This document shows, in pieces, positions 50,401 through 59,900 of a DNA stretch of 64,000 nt. The notes under the pieces were generated by a model. The model ran no database searches and was not told where the DNA came from. It saw nothing but the letters and a program-made list of their open reading frames with translations. Positions within the stretch are counted from its first letter, which is position 1. Each line of letters starts with the position of its first letter. Location of the stretch: positions 2,624,001-2,688,000 of the forward strand of contig OZ251518.1 in the NCBI GenBank assembly GCA_965242965.1, written 5' to 3'. The translations under genes and the position numbers were made by a program. The stretch is from Candidatus Poribacteria bacterium (lineage in GTDB: Bacteria > Poribacteria > WGA-4E > WGA-3G).

Positions 50401-50984
50401 ATCTCAAGGCGATAGAGGCACACGCCGAACACCAGGAACGTTACGATTTCCTCATCTCGCAGCGCGCCGATGTCGAAAAGTCTATCCAGTCCACCTATCA
50501 GGCGATTCAGAAGATTAACCAAACTTCGCGGGAGGTTTTTCTGAAGACGTTTGAGCAGGTGCAGGCGAACTTCCAAGAAGTTTTCGTGCAACTCTTCGGC
50601 GGCGGCGAGACAGAGTTGTTGTTAACCGACGAATCCGATGTGCTTGAATCCGGCATTGAAATTATCGCAAGACCGCCGGGTAAACGGCCGCAGAGCATCA
50701 CGCAACTTTCCGGCGGCGAACGTTCTCTCGTCGCTGTGGGATTACTGTTTGCTGTGTTCAAAATCAAGCCGAGTCCGTTCTGTGTTCTGGACGAGGTGGA
50801 TGCCGCGCTAGACGAGGCAAACGTCCTCCGTTTCACGAATCTCATCCGTGCCTACGCCGAAAATACGCAGTTCGTGATTATTACCCATAACAAGCGCACC
50901 ATGGAAATCGCCGACGTGATGTACGGCGTGACGATGGAGCAAGCCGGTGTCTCCAAACTTGTCTCGGCAAAATTTTCAGATTAA
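47418..50984 (+). CDS. smc: Chromosome segregation protein SMC
   Basis: GFKSFA; VGPNGCGKSNV; hinge GRVTFLPL..GAITGG; LSGGE; LDEVDAALD. Confidence 0.97.
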   Translation: MHLNSVKISGFKSFAEEVELILEPGITAIVGPNGCGKSNVSDAIRWVLGEQSARSLRSANMRELLFNGGANFNPAQKANVTLAFSNIAEDLKLGSPEVEVRRQLTRAGESGYFINHTPCRLRDISELFMDTGIGVDAYSVMEQSKIDLILNVRPEERRFLFDEVAGITKYKHRKKTAIRKLEETEQNLVRINDVIQELQRETESLKAQAEQAERYQALQEELQQLELNLSQREYEKLVAEYRDTQDELNAVLDNVAEADALLQGAEERIESASGRRLELDTAINAAQETLQGISAQIEKIERQIVLHKERQLNIQQQRQRALQTLESLKSQQERLSTQQRERTQERSKLEASLKLEESRLSARQQLLTDLAARIGKAKATVRDAETALRDTTTRLSHRENKRLSIEHSLKNTESNLSRIRESSETVKAELEAATAASTEAQRAEVQLKAELLQIEAEKKDVETAIGENQEGLRKAESDMRGLQDALGMNVSRLKSLQELQSAYEGYYAGVRAIMQAKTHYPKEFAGVCGVVAELLSTGKEYEIAIEVALGSAIQNVVTETAEDAETGIAFLKKHRAGRVTFLPLDMLRGRQFSDDALLDEPGVIGVAEDLVDYDEKYDKAVLHLLGNTLVMEDLDTAVALTRRFRPTARLVTLDGEVINTSGAITGGHTNQKKSGLLSRSRELEVLESKIGELTQTATEKDAKRKAFAAKLATLQQSRQQLTARWQDKRVEKTALTKDIEQAGRHVERLERQLTEVEVENRELREAVESSREEQQTLATEIAELEKKRATTERRIQRMSEQIESESRKHGEVADGCQEMEISLAGQRQKLHGLTSELETLEETCRRTAQNITEQQAIIDTDEQTRHDLGEQIAGAQREFLRYEGDKAEAEAELDTLTEERETLLDEVTNLQKQMRATRRQFDKHNRQRHQLEVTTTQLEMQIKSISTRILDKYQLSIETLAASRLVKTPGELPEIDLMDKIEALKAELSAMGAVNLKAIEAHAEHQERYDFLISQRADVEKSIQSTYQAIQKINQTSREVFLKTFEQVQANFQEVFVQLFGGGETELLLTDESDVLESGIEIIARPPGKRPQSITQLSGGERSLVAVGLLFAVFKIKPSPFCVLDEVDAALDEANVLRFTNLIRAYAENTQFVIITHNKRTMEIADVMYGVTMEQAGVSKLVSAKFSD

Positions 50985-51030
50985 TCACCATAGGGCGAGG
51001 GATAGGCCCGATAGGCCCTCGCCATTCTCC

Positions 51031-52047
51031 ATGCTTGCCAACATGACCAGGGTTAACCGCGAACACCTCACTATTCTCCCACTTGCTGAACGCCGCCACA
51101 AAATGACAGTGGCAGATGTCTACGCGCTAGATGCGGAAACGCCGCCTTATGAAAGCGAACATCTCCGCATCGTTGCCGAAAAGATTGTGCAGGCGCGCCG
51201 CCGCGACAAACCGGTAATTTGGATGATGGGCGCGCATGTCATGCGCCGCGGCAACTCCCGTTTTATCATTGATTTGATGGAGCGCGGCGTGCTGACGCAC
51301 CTCGCCACAAACGGCGCATGCGCCATCCACGATTTTGAACTCGCACACATCGGCGCAACGCTGGAAGATGTTGAAGACTACATAAAAGACGGAAAGTTCG
51401 GCCATTGGGAGGAAACCGGCAGATATCTGAACGAGGCCATCGTTCAAGGATACCGCGATAAAATCGGGTTCGGGGAAGCGGTGGGAAGGTTAATTGAGAC
51501 AGGGGGTGGATATCAGCCTCCTGTCCCCTTTCCACATCGCGAGTTCAGCATGTTTGCGGCGGCATATCGGTTAGGCGTGCCGTTTACCGTTCACAAAGGC
51601 ATCGGGTATGACATTGCAGACCAGCACCCTGCCGCCGATTATGCCGCCATCGGTTGGACAACCGGCGAGGATTTCCTCCGTTTCGCGCACAGCATCTCGC
51701 AATTAGAGGGCGGCGTTTTCCTGAATCTAGGCTCCGCCGTGATGGGCCCGGAAGTCTATCTCAAAAGTCTCTCTATGGCGCGCAACATTGCGGCGCAGCG
51801 CGGCGAAGAGATTCGGCACTTCACCACTGCTAACTTCGACCTGATTGATTTCCCTGATTTTCAGGAAGAGGGGAAACCTACCGATGCGCACTACTACCAT
51901 CGTCCCAAGAAAACGATTCTCATCCGTACCGTCAAAGATGGCGGCGAGAGTTATCACATCTCCGGCGATTTCGCGGTGACTGTGCCGCAACTCTATCGCC
52001 AAGTCATCGCCTTTTTCACTGGAGGACAAATCCCGCGCGATGGATAG
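51031..52047 (+). CDS. Conserved hypothetical protein, probable deoxyhypusine-synthase-like fold
   Basis: GAHV; ATNGACAIHDFE; EETG; PFTVH; GGVFLNLGSAVMGPEVYLK (recalled family pattern); start uncertain (51031 or 51043). Confidence 0.55.
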   Translation: MLANMTRVNREHLTILPLAERRHKMTVADVYALDAETPPYESEHLRIVAEKIVQARRRDKPVIWMMGAHVMRRGNSRFIIDLMERGVLTHLATNGACAIHDFELAHIGATLEDVEDYIKDGKFGHWEETGRYLNEAIVQGYRDKIGFGEAVGRLIETGGGYQPPVPFPHREFSMFAAAYRLGVPFTVHKGIGYDIADQHPAADYAAIGWTTGEDFLRFAHSISQLEGGVFLNLGSAVMGPEVYLKSLSMARNIAAQRGEEIRHFTTANFDLIDFPDFQEEGKPTDAHYYHRPKKTILIRTVKDGGESYHISGDFAVTVPQLYRQVIAFFTGGQIPRDG

Positions 52048-52328
52048 GCGGAAACACCTGTCATATCGTAGGGCGCGGGCCTGTCCCGCGCCATGCTAGG
52101 AGGAAATCGCCACGCGAAACGTAGGGCGCGGGCCTGTCCCTCGCCATGCCCGGGGCCATCAAATGTCACATCGTAGGGCGCGGGTCCTCGCATGCCACAC
52201 GCGCATGTGAGCGGGTTTCCCGCGCCATCTCTGTAGTTTGAGCTCGCCTGATCTCAAACAAGAAAGGAGACCGTTATCCATTTTCACCGTTGATAGCAAA
52301 ACCGAAAACTAAATATCTCTAAAAAACG

Positions 52329-52458
52329 TTGACAAAAAATGCGAATTTTGCTAAAATAAAATGAGTTTCAACCGTTTTGGCGATTTTTCGTAGGAATTTA
52401 AGACTTTTCACGATTTTCTTGCAAAAAAACTTGACAAAAAACTGCCATTCGCTAAAAT
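52329..52458 (+). promoter_or_regulatory. Two tandem sigma70-like promoters
   Basis: TTGACA-17-TAAAAT (52329-52357) and TTGACA-16-TAAAAT (52431-52458). Confidence 0.7.
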
Positions 52459-52687
52459 AGCATCAGTAGTCTCTTTTGGCCAAGTACCAGAAAGAAAAAT
52501 AACTTCGTGTTGGGTTCTGTCCGCTTTCGCGGCTCGGGCGCATAAAAACGTTTGCGGGAGGCACTGCACCGGCAACCTCCCGCCGTAAACCCCAGACGCA
52601 ATGTCTGGTAACGCAATGCAATAATTGTCTGAATCAAGAGGGACAAACGCTGATTCAGACAGACGAAACATAAGGAGATTCAATACA

Positions 52688-53476
52688 ATGAACAAAAAGG
52701 TTTTAACCTTCACATTACTGCTCGGCGTTTGCTGCGTTTTGGCAACCAGCCTCGCAGCAGCACCGCGCGATACCGTGCAGATCACGTCCGCGCAGGTAAC
52801 CCCCGCGGCTGTCGGCGAACAAATAGTTTTCAACGTGGACATCGTCAGCGAGCAGCCCATCGATGCCTATCAGTTCACGCTGGCGTTCGATCCGACGGCA
52901 CTGCGCTACGTCACAAGCACCAACGGCGATTATCTGACAGACGCGTTCGTGGCACCAACGCAAGTCAAGGCAAATCAGGTGACGTTGGTGGCGGTGTCGC
53001 TGTCAGGCGGCAACACAGGGGAAGGCTCACTTGCCGCTATCACGTTTGAGGTGCTGTCACAGCACGCATCGCCGCTGACGTTGTCCGAGGTGTTGCTACC
53101 GGTGACAACAGGCGGCCTTGCCGAACTGCAGGTGATTCGCAGCACCACGAGTACAGCACTTTCAGATGCCAGGCAGACGGTGCAAGAAACCACCATGTTG
53201 CCGAACTATCCGAACCCGTTCAATCCAGAGACATGGATTCCTTACCACCTCGCAGAGCCGGCCGAGGTGACGCTGCGCATCTATTCGATGCAAGGGGCAC
53301 TCGTGCGGGAATTGGCATTAGGGTATCAGGCAGCGGGTGCCTATCAACACCGTTCTCGCGCCGCGTATTGGGATGGGAAAAACGCGCTCGGTGAGACGGT
53401 GGCAAGCGGTGTCTATTTCTATACGTTCACCGCCGGCGATTTTTCGGCAACCGGCAAGATGGTCATCATGAAATAG
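52688..53476 (+). CDS. Secreted cohesin-domain protein with C-terminal T9SS-A/FlgD-like domain
   Basis: Signal peptide; 'AYQFTLAFDPTALRYV...GEGSLAAITFEV...LTLSEV' cohesin pattern; 'PNYPNPFNPETWIPY...VASGVYFY...GKMVIMK'. Confidence 0.8.
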   Translation: MNKKVLTFTLLLGVCCVLATSLAAAPRDTVQITSAQVTPAAVGEQIVFNVDIVSEQPIDAYQFTLAFDPTALRYVTSTNGDYLTDAFVAPTQVKANQVTLVAVSLSGGNTGEGSLAAITFEVLSQHASPLTLSEVLLPVTTGGLAELQVIRSTTSTALSDARQTVQETTMLPNYPNPFNPETWIPYHLAEPAEVTLRIYSMQGALVRELALGYQAAGAYQHRSRAAYWDGKNALGETVASGVYFYTFTAGDFSATGKMVIMK

Positions 53477-53597
53477 CCGGTGTCTTCATTATGCACCGGA
53501 CACCCCGGCCATCGCGGGGGACAGGCCCCCGCGCTACGCGAAGGTCGGCAGCTTACGGGGGACAGCCCCCACAGTTTAAAATAAAGGAGAATCTTGA

Positions 53598-56465
53598 ATG
53601 AAAAGCCGAACAAGTCTTTTCTGTTTTTTAACCATTATCCTGTGCCTCGGCATGACAGCAATGAGTTACGGACAAGCGGAGAGCACCGAGAACGGCCAGG
53701 CCGACAAAAGCAGCGGTCCCGTCTGGGATGTGAACCAGGATGGGCAAGTCGATGTCAGCGACCTGGCACTTGTAGCGCGAAGTATTGATACGCCTTCGTC
53801 TGCAAATCCGCGCGCAGATGTCAATGGTGATGGGCAAGTCAATGCCCGCGACCTGGAGCTCCTGGCACAACACCTCGGCGAGTCAACTGACACCGTCTCG
53901 CCACCTGCCAAGGTCACACTACCGCAGCGAATCGCAGGCATGGTGCTCATCCCCGCGGGACAGTTCCAAATGGGCAGCGACGACGCGGAAGCACAAAACG
54001 ACGAACAGCCCGTCCATACCGTTCAGGTAGACGCGTTCTATATGGATGCCTATGAAGTCACCAATGCGCAATTCAAGGCATTTGTCGACGCAAATCCAAA
54101 CTGGCAAAAAGACCGGATTGCGAACCGTTTCCACAACGGCAACTACCTCAAATCGTGGAATGGCAATAACTACCCCTCCGGGACAGCGCATTATCCCGTC
54201 ACGCATGTGAGTTGGTATGCCGCCATGGCGTATGCGGAATGGGCTGGCAAACGGCTGCCTACCGAGGCGGAATGGGAATATGCCGCACGCGGCGGCGTTG
54301 CGGACATGAAATACCCCTGGGGCGATACCATTACCAATCGCGAAGCCAACTACGATAGCAATGCCGGCGGCACAAGAGCGGTTGGACGCTATGCAGCGAA
54401 CGGCTATGGACTCCACGACATGGCAGGCAATGTCTGGGAATGGTGCCTGGACGAATACGGTAACATTTTCACCGAATCGCCGCGCGAGAATCCTATCGTT
54501 GGCGGGCAGACGCTCCAAGAGTTATCTGATAACTTCGCAAGTATCCCGGCTAATAGTCAGCGCGTGTTGCGGGGTGGCAGTTGGCTCAATCCAGCGCGGT
54601 CCTTGCGTGTCTCTGCGCGCTCCAAGTCTACACCGAGGATCACATACGATGACCTCGGTTTTCGTTGCGCGACAGCTGTGACTGACATCGGCGGGTTGAC
54701 TGACATCGGCACCGTCACGCCACCTGTCAGCACCGACGAATCGACGGATACCGGCACCGTCAAGCCACCTACGAGCGTTGACGAGTCGACGGATACTGGC
54801 ACCGTCACGCCACCTACTAAAGGCACACCGCCGCCAGTCGGAGACATGGTGCGCATCCCCGCGGGACAGTTCCAAATGGGCAGCGATGAACAGGCCCGTA
54901 CCGTCCGCGTAAACGAGTTTTACATGGACGCATACGAAGTCACTAACGCGCAATTCAAGGCCTTTGTCGACGCAAATCCAAACTGGCAAAAAGACAAGAT
55001 TGCGAACCGTTTCCACAACGGTGACTATCTCAAGTCGTGGAATGACAATAACTATCCCTCCGGGACAGCGAATCATCCTGTCACGTATGTGAGTTGGCAT
55101 GCCGCCATGGCATATGCGGAATGGGCTGGCAAACGGCTGCCTACTGAGGCAGAATGGGAATATGCCGCACGCGGTGGTGCTGCAAGCATGAACTATCCCT
55201 GGGGCAATAACATTTCCAATCGACAGGCCAACTACCAGAATAATGTCGGCGGCACAACAGCGGTTGGACGTTATGCAGCGAACGGCTATGGGCTCCATGA
55301 CATGGCAGGCAATGTCTGGGAATGGTGCCTGGACGAATACGGGGCAGATGCGCGGGCGATTGGCTTGCGTGTGTTGCGGGGTGGAGGTTGGCTCGCTTCA
55401 GCACCGTATCTGCGTGTCGATGCTCGCACCGGTGCTGTGCCAGCGGGCGCGAGCAGTGACATCGGTTTTCGTTGTGCGAGGGGTGAGACTGACATCAGCA
55501 CCGTCACGCCGCCTATCAGCATCGACGAGCCAATGGATACTGGCACCGTCACGCCGCCTATCAGCGTTGACGAGCCAACTGATACCGGCACCGTCACGCC
55601 GCCTATTAGCGTCGATGAACCGACGGATACTGGCACCGTCACGCCACCTGTCAGCACCGACGAACCGATGGATACCGGCACCGTCACGCCGCCTATCAGC
55701 ACCGACGAACCGACGGATACCGGCACCGTCACGCCACCTGTCAGCGTTGACGAGTCAACGGATACTGACACCGTCACGCCGCCTACCAAAGTCACGCCAC
55801 CGCCATTCGGAGACATGATGCTCATCCCTGCCGGACAATTCCAAATGGGCAGCGATGAACAGGCCCGTACCGTTCAGGTAGACGCGTTCTACATGGACAC
55901 CTACGAGGTCACCAATGCGCAATTCAAGGCATTTGTCGACGCAAATCCAAACTGGCAAAAAGAACGGATTGCGAGGCGTTTCCACAACGGCAACTACCTC
56001 AGGCATTGGAATGGCAATAACTATCCCTCTGGGGCAGCGAATCATCCTGTCACGTATGTGAGTTGGCATGCCGCCATGGCGTATGCGGAATGGGCTGGCA
56101 AACGGCTGCCTACCGAGACAGAATGGGAATATGCCGCACGCGGTGGTGCTGCAGGCATGAACTATCCCTGGGGCGATGCCATTACCAACCGACAGGCCAA
56201 CTACAATAACAATGTCGGCGGCACAACAGCGGTTGGACGTTATGCAGCGAACGGCTATGGGCTCCATGACATGGCAGGCAACGTCTGGGAATGGTGCATG
56301 GACGAATACGGTCCAAGTATCCCTGCTAATGGCCCGCGCGTGTTGCGGGGCGGCGGTTGGCGCAATTCAGCGGAGTCTCTGGGTGTCGCTGTGCGCTCTA
56401 GGGCTGCGCCGGCGATCACATACGATGACCTCGGTTTCCGTTGTGTGAGGGATGTTACGCCGTGA
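53598..56465 (+). CDS. Secreted dockerin + 3x FGE-sulfatase (SUMF1/CLec-fold) domain protein
   Basis: Signal peptide; DVNQDGQVDVSDL/DVNGDGQVNARDL; three copies of IPAGQFQMGS...RLPTEAEWEYAARGG...GLHDMAGNVWEWC...GFRC. Confidence 0.9.
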   Translation: MKSRTSLFCFLTIILCLGMTAMSYGQAESTENGQADKSSGPVWDVNQDGQVDVSDLALVARSIDTPSSANPRADVNGDGQVNARDLELLAQHLGESTDTVSPPAKVTLPQRIAGMVLIPAGQFQMGSDDAEAQNDEQPVHTVQVDAFYMDAYEVTNAQFKAFVDANPNWQKDRIANRFHNGNYLKSWNGNNYPSGTAHYPVTHVSWYAAMAYAEWAGKRLPTEAEWEYAARGGVADMKYPWGDTITNREANYDSNAGGTRAVGRYAANGYGLHDMAGNVWEWCLDEYGNIFTESPRENPIVGGQTLQELSDNFASIPANSQRVLRGGSWLNPARSLRVSARSKSTPRITYDDLGFRCATAVTDIGGLTDIGTVTPPVSTDESTDTGTVKPPTSVDESTDTGTVTPPTKGTPPPVGDMVRIPAGQFQMGSDEQARTVRVNEFYMDAYEVTNAQFKAFVDANPNWQKDKIANRFHNGDYLKSWNDNNYPSGTANHPVTYVSWHAAMAYAEWAGKRLPTEAEWEYAARGGAASMNYPWGNNISNRQANYQNNVGGTTAVGRYAANGYGLHDMAGNVWEWCLDEYGADARAIGLRVLRGGGWLASAPYLRVDARTGAVPAGASSDIGFRCARGETDISTVTPPISIDEPMDTGTVTPPISVDEPTDTGTVTPPISVDEPTDTGTVTPPVSTDEPMDTGTVTPPISTDEPTDTGTVTPPVSVDESTDTDTVTPPTKVTPPPFGDMMLIPAGQFQMGSDEQARTVQVDAFYMDTYEVTNAQFKAFVDANPNWQKERIARRFHNGNYLRHWNGNNYPSGAANHPVTYVSWHAAMAYAEWAGKRLPTETEWEYAARGGAAGMNYPWGDAITNRQANYNNNVGGTTAVGRYAANGYGLHDMAGNVWEWCMDEYGPSIPANGPRVLRGGGWRNSAESLGVAVRSRAAPAITYDDLGFRCVRDVTP
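54699..54815 (+). repeat. 45-bp coding tandem repeat, linker 1 (~2.5 units)
   Basis: TD(I/T)GTV(T/K)PP.S.DES units. Confidence 0.85.
55488..55787 (+). repeat. 45-bp coding tandem repeat, linker 2 (~6.5 units)
   Basis: (T/M)DTGTVTPP(I/V)S(V/T)DEP units. Confidence 0.9.
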
Positions 56466-56494
56466 TTTACCGGTCTGTCACCGTAGGGCCAAAG

Positions 56495-56968
56495 ATCGCG
56501 GGGGAAACCCGCTCGGATGCGCGGATGGCATCCGAGGGCCCACGCGCTACTGTAATCTGTAGTTTGCGATCGCCTGATCGCAAACGGCCGCGCGACTCAG
56601 CACGGCCCGTTTTACCGTAGGGCGAGGGCCTGTCCCTCGCCATCCTTCATGAATCGAGAGATCGCGGGGGACAGGCCCCCGCGCTACGGGCCAGGAAGAA
56701 AAAATGCGCGGGGGACAGACCCCCGCGCTACGATGAAAAAACGTATCTTAGGTCCGTAGGACCTTAATGTCTATAGCACGCGCACCCGCCAAGAACGCTA
56801 AGGGCCTTTAGGTCCTTAATAGTTTTTGACGTGCGGCGCGTGTTTTATTAAGGTCCTAAAGGACCTTGACATCGTGCCTCCACGTATTTCTATAGACATG
56901 TAGGTCCTAAAGGACCTAAAGACATAACTTGACGATGGACGATCGCGGGGGACAGGCCCCCGCGCTAC
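56495..56968. repeat. REP cluster including copy 2 of the ~175-bp palindromic element (56748-56922)
   Basis: A, E, A-with-insert hairpins between convergent genes. Confidence 0.85.
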
Positions 56969-56982
56969 GGTACTGAGAACGG

Positions 56983-59900
56983 CTATTTTTGCCGTTTCAC
57001 CTCACCGAATGTCGTCAACATCCGATTTGACGCAGAAACAGGACCCGGCAACAACCGCGTCACTAACGTCTCCCGTTTCCCATCAAATGCAACTTCCTCG
57101 ATCTGATAGTAATACTCAATCCCCGGCTTCGCAGACGTATCCGTAAACGTGTAAGTTTGACGTTCACCGGTAGTGCCGGCACCGGCGATGAGCGCAGGAT
57201 TCAAGAGCGTGAAACCACTCGCGCGCTTTTCACTGCGGCGCAAGTTGAAGCCCGCGTTGTCTACCTCCGATTCGGTTGTCCATGTCAAGACGACAGCACC
57301 TGCCTCGGTGCGCGTCATAGCGAAACTGGATAACTCTACCGGTAATGCACCGCCTTCACGATGCCCCGGTGTCCCGATGTCATCAGCATGGCCGTAGTGG
57401 AGAGACTCATCAAACGGCTTGATGCGCGCCGCGAGAACCCAACTCGCACGCTTTCGTCCCGGCAGCGCAACACCTTTATCGTAACGCCGAATGACAGAAC
57501 TCCGCGAACCTTCCTCAAAACTCAACGGTAATGCCCAGGCCGGCGCATCGTCCGAACGCCGATCGCTGTCCCTGTTACCGACTTCGTCGACAAGATTCCC
57601 GTTCCTATCGGAGAGTTGCAGGTAGAACCCCTCGGTACTTAAGAACGTATCCCGCGCACGCTTGATGCGCAGATTCTTATCATGCAGTGCCAACAGATCG
57701 TAAACTCTATCCGCCGGCAGATACGAATCTGACGACGCACGCGCCGGACCCGCCACGATGAGCAACGTTTGATTCGGTTGAATCACTTTTTCGCCGAGCG
57801 TCAACGTGACAATCGGGCGGCCGACTAAATCCTCGGAATCGACATTCTGGATCTCCAACTTCCAGCGGCTGAGATTAATGGCATCCGTTTTGGAATTGTT
57901 ATAGAGTTCGATCCATTGCGGCAGTGTGCCACCGGCGGAATCAAACATGATTTCGCTGAGCGTGACGCTCCCTTTCGGCGTGGCGGCTTCCGTTTTCACG
58001 GCACCATTCGGATAGCCCGGTGTGCCGGAAGTGGCAGGAGACTCCGAGACCTTCCTATCATAACCGATACCGGTGAATGCCGATTCTGCCCAGGCATCCT
58101 TGTGGTATCCCACAATGTCCGCCTTGGCGCGCTGCCAGACTTTGCCTGAGCCGAGTGCATCTTCGGTGTCACCACCGGGTGCCTGCAACACTTGCAAGGG
58201 CCAGACATGTGTATCATAATCGCCTGTCTGTTCACGGACAAATGCATCGGTGTCACTGCCGCCGCCACCGGCGACATCCACGAACGCCTCGTTCAGACCG
58301 AGTTTCTCCGTGGCATTCCGGAGAATCAATAGGAATTTTCCATCGTCCGGTAACGAAAGCCCCGAATTGACAAGATACAAGTGCGGTGAGCCTTTCTTCT
58401 CCACATCAGAAGTTGCTATGTCATCGCCCGCGGCGAGAGGTGTCTTATCCGGCGCGCTGTTCACGATAAGCAAGAGCCCATTTGCCGGCACACTTGCATC
58501 GGGGAAGACGATGAGCGACGTATCTTCCTTCTTGCCATCCTGCACAACGCTGAGTTCCCAGTCCTTTAACGAAACTGCCGAACCCGTGACATTGCGGAGT
58601 TCCAACCAATCATCAGCATCGCCACTGCCATTGCCGAGTTCGTTGAAGACAACGGGACTGCGCGGCACATCAGAGGCGGCAGCCTTCGGTTCTTCCACCT
58701 CGAAAATCGGGTAGACCTGGATAAGTGTATCCACAGCCGGCGGAGAAGACTCCTTTGCGTCAGGAAACGGAGCCTCTGTCTCTTCCTGCCGCGGTAATGC
58801 CTGCACCTGTTCTGTCGGCGCGACCGGCGGCGGTGCCGTCCCTGCTATCTCGTTGCCATCACCATCTCTCACCGATGTCCCCCGCGGCACCGCCACGCCA
58901 CTTGAGTCAAGTTGCACGGACGTTGCAACGTCACCCGCTTGGATAGGATACGCAAACGTCACCGTCGTGGAGCCGGAACGTTCACTGCCCGGTTGCCACG
59001 TCGCGTGCCGCGCATTCGCCACACTCCTTTCCCCAAGATAGAGGACGACATACGGCGGATTGTCACCTTCGTAGTGGACACCTTCTTCATCAAATGTCAC
59101 CGTCACCTCAATTTCATCGCCAACGTTGTAAATCTCATTGGGGGGGTTCGGCACGAAGGCGGGTGGCTCAATGACGACAGGGGGCCGCAAGTCCGCCACC
59201 GTGACGGTCAAGGTATTCGATTCAAAGTTGGGGTTCCCCGCGATGTCCGATGTGGCACCTTCAAGCAAACGAATTTGCACTTCACCGCCATTGAAACTCG
59301 CATCCGGCGTGACGGTGACACGATAAGCCGCTGCGGTGGGAATGGCGAAGCGGAGGTAGTCCCCAGACTTGACATGCACTAATCCGATGAATTCCACCTC
59401 GCCCAGCAAACTTTGCAACGAGTTCCCCGCCGCATCCGTGATAGTGATGTCACCGCTTGAGAACCCCGGCACTTCGTCTGGGAAATTTTCTGTCTGCGTC
59501 ACTTCGTTCGCCTTGCCGCGATTATAGGTCCAAGGGGTGATATTCAGGAAACTGAACACCACGTCAAAAGCCTCCGTCGCGATGCCCGTATCCTCCGCCC
59601 ACCTGTCAATCAGCACTGCCGGCCGCACAGCATCCACCGATTGTTCCCAACCGGCGCGGTAATGCAGGAAATAACCCGAGTGAGCATAAGTGAAATCCTC
59701 CCCAGAAGAAACACTTGTAATCACAGATCGATCTGTATCAAAGGGAAACCGGATTAACGTGCCACCACCAAAATTCCGGTCGCCCGGTTGCACCTCATAC
59801 GCAAAGGTGAGCACTGTCGGCGTTTTATCTTCATCCGTGCCTTCTTTGTTGTCGGCAAGCGGCGCGTAAAACAGAGCTCCATCCCAGTCAAACTCCAATT

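Noticed and set aside
53598-56465. Annotation as an active formylglycine-generating enzyme, or as a complete DGR
   Set aside because: The catalytic Cys pair is missing in all three domains; no reverse transcriptase, accessory gene or template repeat is visible in the window, so only a target-like signature is reported
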